Made by a program: the position numbers and the translations under genes. This document shows positions 15,327-22,593 of a stretch of DNA of 32,000 nt, piece by piece. The stretch covers positions 150,001-182,000 of the forward strand of contig CAKTSY010000005.1 of NCBI GenBank assembly GCA_934613415.1, written 5' to 3'. Source of the DNA: an uncultured Opitutales bacterium. Its GTDB lineage: Bacteria > Verrucomicrobiota > Verrucomicrobiia > Opitutales > Intestinicryptomonadaceae. The notes beneath the pieces were generated by a model. It made no database searches. It saw only the letters and a list, made by a program, of their open reading frames with translations, and was not told where the DNA came from. Position 1 is the first letter of the stretch. Every line of letters begins with the position of its first letter.

Positions 15327-17534
15327 ATGACGCTGCGCGTAAAAATTTTCCTATATTTCATACTGCCCGTTTTGTGCGCAATAACCGCCATTAGCTTGTA
15401 CGACTCGCAAAGCGATTTTCTGGTGCACAAAAAGCTTTCCGACGAGGCCTTTGTTGCCGACACGCAGAACGCCGCCGCCGTGATTTCGAAGGGCAACACC
15501 GAGGGCATTACACTGGTAACTTCTACAGCAAGCGTTTTGGGCACTTCGCTTTTCGGCAATAGAACCGCAAGCGTTGCCTATATGAAGGATATGCTTGCAA
15601 AGTTCAGGAATTTTTCGGGGTGCTCCATTTCGTACGAGCCAAACGCCGACTTTAACGATATGAAGGCGTACAAATCGCTTATAGAGCTTAGAGACACGCC
15701 CGAAAAGCTGTCGAAAAACTTTTTCGATTCGTACGATTTTAAAAACAACCCCACAAGCGAAAGTATGGAAAACTGGGTTGAAAACACCCAAAACGGCAGG
15801 TTTTTGTGCTACTGGAAGCGCAAGAACGACAGACTTGAAATGGAGCCTCTTGTCGGTATGGAAAGCTCGGAATACTATTCGGGCGTAAAGAACAAGTTTT
15901 TAACTTCTAACGAAATCGGGCCGCTTATAACGCAGCCTAACATTTACAACAACTCGGTTTTAACGGTTGAATACGCCTACCCAATTATTGTAGACGACCG
16001 CTTTGCGGGCGAAGTTGCCTTCGACAGAAACCTAAACTATATTGCCGATATGCTCGAAAAATACAAGTCTACCAAAGACGCCGTATTTTTCCTTATAAGC
16101 GACCAAAACAAGGTTATATCGTGCACAAAAGATATGTCGATTTGCACGGCGTCGGTAGACGACCTATATACCAACAAAGACAACGACACTTTTAACACCT
16201 CGTTTTTGCAGTCGAAAAACGGAAAGCTTGTGCGCGACGAAAGCGTTTCGGCGCAGACCGACTTTTCGCGCTTTAGCACCCTTTACCGCGACATTCTAAG
16301 GAACGTAACCAAAAACGAATACAAGGCGGCAAATGTGTCGTTTTTTGCCGACGAAAAGGCGAATTTAGAATACGCCGTATCTTTTGTGCCAATGCGCCCG
16401 AGCAACTGGATTTTGGTGCAAATTGCCCCCAAAACTTCGCTATATGCCGACTTAAACGATACTTTTATAAACTCTTTTGCGGAAATTGCGGCGGGCTTTG
16501 CAATATTTCTTTTTACGCTTTTGTTCTCGAACGGATTTATATCTAAAATAAAGAACGCCACTACAGCCGCCGAAAGTTTGGCGGCTGGCAAAACGGCCGT
16601 TGCAATAAAGGAAGTTCCCCCAAGCCGAGACGAAACGGCAAAGCTTAACAACGCAATGTATTTGCTTGCCTCGAGAATTGCAGCCCTTGTTAAGGAAACA
16701 AAAAATGCGAACTACAGGCTGCTAGAGTCTGCCGAAAAAATTACGTCGGCTTCCACCGAATACGGCGAATCTGTAAGAAATTTCGGAGCTGCAATGGGCG
16801 AGATAGACCGAAATTCCGACCAAATGGAAAAATCGGCAAAGGATATTTTTGAAAACGTCTCCTCGCTTTCGCAAACGGCAAAGGCAAGCGCGCTTACAAC
16901 GCAGTCGGGCAAAAAGCAGATTAGAAATGCGGCGGAATTTTCCGACAGTTTGGTTAGCGCGGCAAAAATTGTCGGCGAAAGGATAGACCTTATAAAAGAC
17001 AGGGCAAAAAAGGCGCAGGCGGTTTTAGAGCGCATCGACAAAATTGCGGCGCAGTCGAACCTGCTTAGCATAACGGCTGCAATAGAAGCGGAAAAGTCGG
17101 AGGGCAAATCGGGCGAATTTTTAAGAATTGCGCGCGAAATTTCAAGGCTGGCAAAGCTTACCAACGGCGAATCAAAAAGCGCGGCAATGATTATAGACGA
17201 TATGATGTCGTCGGCAAACGTGTCGAAGGAGGAAACCGCCAAGCTTGGCGACGACATTTCCAAGGCGGCCCGACAGGTTTCCGACAGCTTTGTGCTTTTC
17301 GAAAAAACCGCGGTGGCAATAGAAGACATTATACCCGAACTCGGCAAAATAAGGGATTCCATCTCGTCGCAAAGCCTTAAAGCCTCGCAGCTAAAGGGCT
17401 CTATTTCGGCTATGATAAAAAGTGCAAACCAGTCGTCGGCACTGCTTGCGCAGTTTTTGGAAATGCGCCGCGAACTTAATTTTGCGGTCGAAAAAATCAC
17501 ATACGAAATTTCAAAATTCTCCACAAAAGAATAA
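15327..17534 (+). CDS. methyl-accepting chemotaxis protein (TM - Cache-like sensor - TM - HAMP - signalling domain), divergent hairpin tip
   Basis: 735 aa. TM1 is IFLYFILPVLCAITAISLY. The periplasmic Cache-like core reads ITQPNIYNNSVLTVEYAYPIIVDDRFAGEVAFD. TM2 is IAAGFAIFLFTLLFSNGFI, followed by a HAMP-like segment. The signalling core reads IAAQSNLLSITAAIEAEKSEGKSGEFLRIAREISRLA. Confidence 0.88.
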   Translation: MTLRVKIFLYFILPVLCAITAISLYDSQSDFLVHKKLSDEAFVADTQNAAAVISKGNTEGITLVTSTASVLGTSLFGNRTASVAYMKDMLAKFRNFSGCSISYEPNADFNDMKAYKSLIELRDTPEKLSKNFFDSYDFKNNPTSESMENWVENTQNGRFLCYWKRKNDRLEMEPLVGMESSEYYSGVKNKFLTSNEIGPLITQPNIYNNSVLTVEYAYPIIVDDRFAGEVAFDRNLNYIADMLEKYKSTKDAVFFLISDQNKVISCTKDMSICTASVDDLYTNKDNDTFNTSFLQSKNGKLVRDESVSAQTDFSRFSTLYRDILRNVTKNEYKAANVSFFADEKANLEYAVSFVPMRPSNWILVQIAPKTSLYADLNDTFINSFAEIAAGFAIFLFTLLFSNGFISKIKNATTAAESLAAGKTAVAIKEVPPSRDETAKLNNAMYLLASRIAALVKETKNANYRLLESAEKITSASTEYGESVRNFGAAMGEIDRNSDQMEKSAKDIFENVSSLSQTAKASALTTQSGKKQIRNAAEFSDSLVSAAKIVGERIDLIKDRAKKAQAVLERIDKIAAQSNLLSITAAIEAEKSEGKSGEFLRIAREISRLAKLTNGESKSAAMIIDDMMSSANVSKEETAKLGDDISKAARQVSDSFVLFEKTAVAIEDIIPELGKIRDSISSQSLKASQLKGSISAMIKSANQSSALLAQFLEMRRELNFAVEKITYEISKFSTKE

Positions 17535-17965
17535 TGCAAAAACCCAACAGCTATATTGTGTTTAAGTGCAAAGACACCCTTTTTGCATTCGACATTGCTT
17601 TTGTGTATAAACCCGCCCTGCTGCAGTCGATACACTCGCTGCCGCACATAGACAACGGCAGAATTGCAGGCATATCAAACATAGGCGGCGAAATTGTAGT
17701 TGTTGCAAATTTGCCGAAAATTTTGGGGCTAAGCACCGGCGAAATTTGCACGCAAAGCCCCAAGATGTCTATTGTTTGCATATTCGACAAGCTTAAGGTT
17801 GCATTTTTAGTAGACGATATTTTCGGGGTTGTAAATGCCGAATGCGAGCCATACGACGACGAAAACGCAATGTTTGAATGCGCCGCATTCGACTACTTTG
17901 GCAGCAAATGCCTTGTGCTAGACGCCGAATTGTTGGAGACTGCAATAGAAAGAAGGTATTTGTGA
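17534..17965 (+). CDS. cheW: CheW-like coupling protein
   Basis: 143 aa. The ATG overlaps the MCP stop (TAATG, 17532-17536). CheW-fold motifs are present: YIVFKCKDTLFAFDI, IAGISNIGGEIVVVANL, KVAFLVDDIFGVVN. Confidence 0.85.
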   Translation: MQKPNSYIVFKCKDTLFAFDIAFVYKPALLQSIHSLPHIDNGRIAGISNIGGEIVVVANLPKILGLSTGEICTQSPKMSIVCIFDKLKVAFLVDDIFGVVNAECEPYDDENAMFECAAFDYFGSKCLVLDAELLETAIERRYL

Positions 17966-20103
17966 ACACCGACTTAAACGACAGCACAAACCTTAACGCC
18001 GACGACGCCATTTTGCACTTGTTTATGGACGAAGCGCAGCTGCGCTCGGCAAACATAGATGCAAACCTGCTTAAGCTTGAGAAAGACCCCGAAAACATTT
18101 CGCTTATAACCGAGCTTATGCGCGAATGCCACAGTTTAAAGGGGGCTTCGCGCCTTGTTTCGCTAACGCGCATAACCGATCTGGCGCACAAGATGGAAGA
18201 TTTTTTTGTTGCTTTGCAAAGCGGCAAAATAAAGGTTTCGCCGCAGTCGAACGACGTTTTGTTTGCCTGCTCCGACTACATAAAGGCCTTGGTTGCGAAC
18301 TCGTTTAAGCGCGAAAATGCCGAATATTGCGCGGCTTTAATTGTGGCCATAGACAACATTTTAAACGAAAAATCGGTAAATTTGCCCAAGGTTTCGCCCG
18401 CCCAAAACACGCAAAACGCAGCCGACGACGACTCTATAAAAGTTTCGTTCGACTACCTAAACAGGCTAATGTCTTTAAGCGCGGAAAGCCTTATAGAAAA
18501 CAGGCGCATACACTCGGTGCAAAGCGACATTTCGCAGATTAAAAACGATACCCAAAATGCGGTGTTTAAAATAGACTCGTGCATACTAGAGCTGGAAGCT
18601 TCGAACGGGTCTAAAGAAGTTTTGTCGGCGTTGAAAACAAGCAAGAGAATTTTGGAAAACGCGCTTGTTAAAATAGCAACAAACCTTGAAACGCTTGTAG
18701 AATATTCAAACAAAAACACCGACTTGTCGGACAGGCTGCACTCCGAGGCGGTTTCGGGAACTATGCGCCCAATTAGCGACATTCTTGTTGCGGTGCCAAG
18801 AATGGTAAGAGACCTTGCAAAAAGCCTAAACAAGCAAATAGACTTTTCGGTTTCGGGCGAAAGTTCGCTTATAGACAGAAAGCTTTTAAAGAGGCTTGAA
18901 ACCTGCATTATGCACATAATACGCAACGCCTGCGACCACGGCATAGAAGCTCCGCAACTTCGCAAGCTTTTGGGCAAGCCCGAACGCGGCAAAATATCCA
19001 TTCAGGCGGTTCACTCGCGCTCTATGTTTGTGCTTAAAATTGCCGACGATGGCTCCGGCATAGACATAAACCGCCTTAAGTCGGAAATTGTTGCAAAGGG
19101 GCTTTCCGACAAGCCCACGCTAGATATGATGGGCGACGACGAAATTTACGCATTTTTGTTTTTGCCGAATTTTTCGATGAGCGAAAAGCTTACGCAAATA
19201 AGCGGCAGGGGCGTTGGGCTAGACGTTGTTTTAAGCTTTTTGCAGGAAATTGGAGGCTCTGTTAAGATAGAGTCTAAAGTTGCCCAGGGCACTGTCTTTA
19301 CGCTTATGCTGCCAATTAGCCGCTCGGTGCTAAACTGCATTATAGCAAAAATAAACGGGCAGCCCTACGCTTTTGCGCTTGAAAAAATCCTAAAAACGGT
19401 TTCGGGCAATCAGGCACAAATTTCGGGCAACCTTCTTAATTTTGAAGGGCAAGATATAGAAATTATAAATCTAAAAAAAGAATTGCTGCTTGGCGAAGAT
19501 TTTGAAACGCAAAAGAACTTTGTTCTTATAAAGAAAGATAAGCTATATGCAATGCAGGTAGACGAGCTTGTAGGCGAAGCCGAGCTTGTGATTCGCCCGC
19601 TAGACAGCCTGCTGGAAAAGGTGGCCTCTGTTTGGGCATATGCCATAGATAACGAATCGAACCCCGTAATTATTTTAGACACCGACTCGATTATTAACGG
19701 TTTGGGCAAAAAATCGAAAACTGACGACAAGCGCAAGCGCGCATTGCTGGTTGAAGACTCGAAAACCGTTAGGGAAAAGACGGCAAAAATACTTAAAAAC
19801 ATAGGCTATTTAACGGATACTGCAATAGACGGCGTAGACGCTGTAAATGCAATGAAGCTTATAAAATACTACATTGTTGTAAGCGATGTTGATATGCCTA
19901 GAATGAACGGCATTAAGCTTGTAGAGAAAATACGAAGTGCCGAGTTTTTAAAGAACATTCCCGTAGTGCTGCTTTCCTACAAAGATTCGCCAAACGATAT
20001 AAAAACGGGAATGCAGGCGGGGGCAACTTTGTATCTTTCAAAAAACATGCTAAATACGCAGGAATTTGCAAAAACGCTAAGAGAATTGCTGCCGCCGCAA
20101 TAA
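17962..20103 (+). CDS. cheA: hybrid chemosensory histidine kinase CheA-REC (Hpt - dimerisation - HATPase - CheW-like - receiver)
   Basis: Hpt is MRECHSLKGASRL (His codon 18130-18132). Kinase boxes: N box IMHIIRNACDHGIE, G1 ADDGSGID, G2 SGRGVGLDVV. A P5 CheW-like domain is present. The C-terminal receiver reads ALLVEDS...VVSDVDMPRMNG...LSK (Asp codon 19885-19887). I prefer the GTG at 17962 (GTGA overlap with the cheW stop) over the track's ATG at 17878, whose 28 extra residues are Arg-rich out-of-frame-looking sequence inside cheW. Confidence 0.9.
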   Translation: MNTDLNDSTNLNADDAILHLFMDEAQLRSANIDANLLKLEKDPENISLITELMRECHSLKGASRLVSLTRITDLAHKMEDFFVALQSGKIKVSPQSNDVLFACSDYIKALVANSFKRENAEYCAALIVAIDNILNEKSVNLPKVSPAQNTQNAADDDSIKVSFDYLNRLMSLSAESLIENRRIHSVQSDISQIKNDTQNAVFKIDSCILELEASNGSKEVLSALKTSKRILENALVKIATNLETLVEYSNKNTDLSDRLHSEAVSGTMRPISDILVAVPRMVRDLAKSLNKQIDFSVSGESSLIDRKLLKRLETCIMHIIRNACDHGIEAPQLRKLLGKPERGKISIQAVHSRSMFVLKIADDGSGIDINRLKSEIVAKGLSDKPTLDMMGDDEIYAFLFLPNFSMSEKLTQISGRGVGLDVVLSFLQEIGGSVKIESKVAQGTVFTLMLPISRSVLNCIIAKINGQPYAFALEKILKTVSGNQAQISGNLLNFEGQDIEIINLKKELLLGEDFETQKNFVLIKKDKLYAMQVDELVGEAELVIRPLDSLLEKVASVWAYAIDNESNPVIILDTDSIINGLGKKSKTDDKRKRALLVEDSKTVREKTAKILKNIGYLTDTAIDGVDAVNAMKLIKYYIVVSDVDMPRMNGIKLVEKIRSAEFLKNIPVVLLSYKDSPNDIKTGMQAGATLYLSKNMLNTQEFAKTLRELLPPQ

Positions 20104-20123
20104 CGGCAGCGCAAAAAATTCAC

Positions 20124-20171
20124 AAAAAAAACGCCCGCACTTTTTTGCAATGCGGGCGTTTTAATTTTTTT
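20124..20171. terminator. bidirectional Rho-independent terminator between convergent cheA and guaB
   Basis: A perfect 9-bp GC-rich stem is formed by acgcccgca (20131-20139) and tgcgggcgt (20151-20159). It is flanked by a7 (20124-20130) upstream and t-rich ttttaattttttt downstream, so a U-run follows the hairpin on both strands. Confidence 0.8.
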
Positions 20172-20182
20172 AGGGCTAAAAA

Positions 20183-21745
20183 CTATTTGTTTGTTTTTAC
20201 CTCTATAACGTCGTGGGGGAAGCTTTCTTTTTGACCTGCATTTGTTATACGGCAAAAACGCGCTTTCGCCTTAAGTTCGTCTAAAGTTGCAGCCCCTATA
20301 TAGCCCATACCGCTTTGTATGCCGCCTACAAACTGGGCAATCAATGTATCCAAATCGGGCGACAATTCCTTTAAGGCTTCTATGCCTTCGGCGGTAATCT
20401 TGTCGGTTTTAACTTTAAAGTCGTGTCCGTAGCGGGCTGCACTGCCGTCTTTCATAGCAGCCAACGAACCCATACCGCGGTATTGCTTGTACGACTTTCC
20501 GTTAATTTCCATTATCTGACCGGGGGCTTCGGGACAAGCCGCCAACAAACTGCCGCACAAAACGGCGTCCGCCAAAGTCAATGCCTTTACCATATCGCCC
20601 GACTTTGTAATGCCGCCGTCGGCAATAATCCTTACTTTAGAATCTTTTGCCTGCTTAGAGCATACATACAACGCCGAAAGCTGCGGAATGCCAACGCCCG
20701 CAACAATTCTCGTTGTGCATATCGAGCCCGGGCCCTGACCAATCTTGATTGCGTCGGCACCGGCATTCGCCAAAAATTCTACGCCGCCTGCGTTTGTAAC
20801 GTTGCCGGCAATAATGGTAATGTCTTTGCTTGCCGAGCGAACCAAGCGAACCATTTCGCCTACGCCCGAGGTATAACCGTGGGCTGTAGAAACGGCAACA
20901 ACGTCTACGCCGGCCTTCATCAAATTGTGCAAATGCCCCAAAATTCTGTCTTTGTCGAGATTGCCGTTTTTGTCGCGCAAGGGCGAAATTGCGGCACCGC
21001 ACATAAGCCTAAAGCTTGAATCGCGCGAGGCTTTTACCATCGACTGATTGTCGTTTATAATCTGCTCTATGTCGCTAAGGGTAAACAAGCCCCTTAGTTT
21101 GTCGCTTTTGTCTACAACCAAAAGCTTGTGCACACCGAAGTTTTTGGTAAAGAATTTGTCGGCGGCGTCTATCGGGTTTTTGCCGAGTTTGTCTACCGAA
21201 ATTGTAAAGAGGTCTTTGCGCTGCGTCATAGCTTCGCAAACCTTCATTGCAGCATATCTTTCTTTAACAACGCTACCTGGCAACAAGCCAACCAAGTTGC
21301 CCTTTTCGTCTACAACGGGAAAAGTTCTAAAGCGGTATTTATGCTCCTCTATTGTGTGCAGAACGTCGCCAATGCAAAGGTCGGGCGAAACTTTTACGGG
21401 TTCTTGAATAAGCCCGTGAATATAGTTTTTAACCTTTGCAACCTGCTTTACCTGATTTTCCAGCGACATATTGTAGTGGATAAGCCCCAAGCCGCCGTTT
21501 CTTGCCATTGCAATAGCCATTTTATATTCGGTAACCGTATCCATATCCGACGAGATAATGGGGGTTGAAAGCTTTATCCTGTCGGAAAGAGAAGTGTCTG
21601 CCCTGGTTTGGCGGGGCAAAATTTGCGAATATTCCGTAGCCAACGAAACGTCGTCGTAAGTCAACGCTTCGGGAGCCATTTCGGGGAAGAAATCGTCCGC
21701 ACTGCGGAAAAACAGTTTGTCGTACTTGTTAAGCTTAGTTTTCAT
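20183..21745 (-). CDS. guaB: inosine-5'-monophosphate dehydrogenase
   Basis: 520 aa. Motifs: [19 protein letters not shown], a CBS-pair insertion, catalytic loop [32 protein letters not shown]. An alternative ATG at 21679 ([11 protein letters not shown]) would give a more typical N-terminus. Confidence 0.95.
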   Translation of the reverse strand: MKTKLNKYDKLFFRSADDFFPEMAPEALTYDDVSLATEYSQILPRQTRADTSLSDRIKLSTPIISSDMDTVTEYKMAIAMARNGGLGLIHYNMSLENQVKQVAKVKNYIHGLIQEPVKVSPDLCIGDVLHTIEEHKYRFRTFPVVDEKGNLVGLLPGSVVKERYAAMKVCEAMTQRKDLFTISVDKLGKNPIDAADKFFTKNFGVHKLLVVDKSDKLRGLFTLSDIEQIINDNQSMVKASRDSSFRLMCGAAISPLRDKNGNLDKDRILGHLHNLMKAGVDVVAVSTAHGYTSGVGEMVRLVRSASKDITIIAGNVTNAGGVEFLANAGADAIKIGQGPGSICTTRIVAGVGIPQLSALYVCSKQAKDSKVRIIADGGITKSGDMVKALTLADAVLCGSLLAACPEAPGQIMEINGKSYKQYRGMGSLAAMKDGSAARYGHDFKVKTDKITAEGIEALKELSPDLDTLIAQFVGGIQSGMGYIGAATLDELKAKARFCRITNAGQKESFPHDVIEVKTNK

Positions 21746-21901
21746 AGTTTATTTCCCTAAAGGGGAATATACTAAAAGTGTAAAAAAAACAAGTTTTTAT
21801 TGAAAAATTTTTTATTTTGCAGAAATTTTGCCCCGAATATTGCCGGCAACAAACCGAGCATATGAGGCAAACTAAGTGTATATTTTGCGGCATAAATGCA
21901 C

Positions 21902-21934
21902 AAAAAAGGTGCAAGCCCAAGAAAGGCCTGCACC
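21902..21934 (-). terminator. Rho-independent terminator downstream of skp
   Basis: Stem 21908-21917 (ggtgcaagcc) pairs with 21925-21934 (ggcctgcacc): 10 bp with 1 mismatch, loop caagaaa. On the minus strand it is followed by tttttt (rc of 21902-21907). Confidence 0.7.
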
Positions 21935-21958
21935 CAATTAAAAAGTTTTTTGCAACAA

Positions 21959-22525
21959 CTATTTCTTTGCGGGAAGCGCGGGAACGTCGGCAGGGGCGTT
22001 CTTGTTGATTTCGGCAATAACTTCGTCGGTTATATCTGCCGAGGGCTTCGAAAAGTATAGTGCGTTCTTTTCGAGAACAAAGTCTGCCTTCTTGGCGGCT
22101 GCAACCTTGTTTACAACTTCCATAATTTCCTTACGGTGTTGCAGACCAATTTGCTGGGCATTTTGGTTAAGCCTTTGCTGTGTGCTTTGCGACATTTGCT
22201 GCATATTTTGCTCTAACTGGCGCAATTCAGTCATTTTGGGCTGGGCTTCTTCTACAATCTTCTTTTTGGCGTCGTCGGTTAAAGCCTTGTTTTGCAATTT
22301 TTCTTCTACTGCCTTTAAGTCTTTAATCAAAGCCTGACGTTTAACGTCCATCTTGCCAAGCTCGTCTTTTGTAGCCTGGGCAGAAGCTTGCAATTGCTGC
22401 TGGGCTTCCTTTGCCTTGTAGTAGTTCATATGGGCCTTTTGCATATCCATAACAAGGACTACTGGAGCCGCGTTAAGAGCGGCCGCAAAAAACGCCGCAA
22501 ACAATGTCGTGTATAGTTTTTTCAT
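21959..22525 (-). CDS. skp: periplasmic chaperone Skp/OmpH
   Basis: 188 aa. Signal peptide is MKKLYTTLFAAFFAAALNA|A. The body is K/Q/E-rich coiled coil typical of OmpH, and the gene lies immediately downstream of bamA. Confidence 0.85.
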   Translation of the reverse strand: MKKLYTTLFAAFFAAALNAAPVVLVMDMQKAHMNYYKAKEAQQQLQASAQATKDELGKMDVKRQALIKDLKAVEEKLQNKALTDDAKKKIVEEAQPKMTELRQLEQNMQQMSQSTQQRLNQNAQQIGLQHRKEIMEVVNKVAAAKKADFVLEKNALYFSKPSADITDEVIAEINKNAPADVPALPAKK

Positions 22526-22593
22526 AATTATTTGGTTTGATTGTTATATTAGTAAGCTTTTATCGGTTTTTGTTCCCGAATTTTTACGATTTT

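Noticed and set aside
16712-17647. 311-aa ORF antisense to the MCP signalling domain and the cheW start
   Set aside because: The Ala/Ser/Glu-rich coiled-coil codons of the MCP leave the opposite strand free of stops. The product is low-complexity S/A/F/I-rich, with no independent support.
17878-17961. Upstream ATG extension of cheA given in the ORF track
   Set aside because: The 28 extra residues (MRRIRLLWQQMPCARRRIVGDCNRKKVF) overlap cheW by 88 nt and look like out-of-frame sequence. The GTG at 17962 forms a GTGA junction with the cheW stop and immediately precedes the Hpt helix.
21746-21958. 213-nt guaB leader as a possible purine riboswitch, tRNA or small ORF
   Set aside because: Apart from the skp terminator (21902-21934), I see only short weak complementarities: tttgcc/ggcaaa at 21827-21832/21866-21871 and the palindrome ttgccggcaa. 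There is no purine-riboswitch three-way-junction signature and no tRNA T-loop. The track ORFs here are Cys/Phe-rich junk. A covariance-model scan would be needed to be certain.
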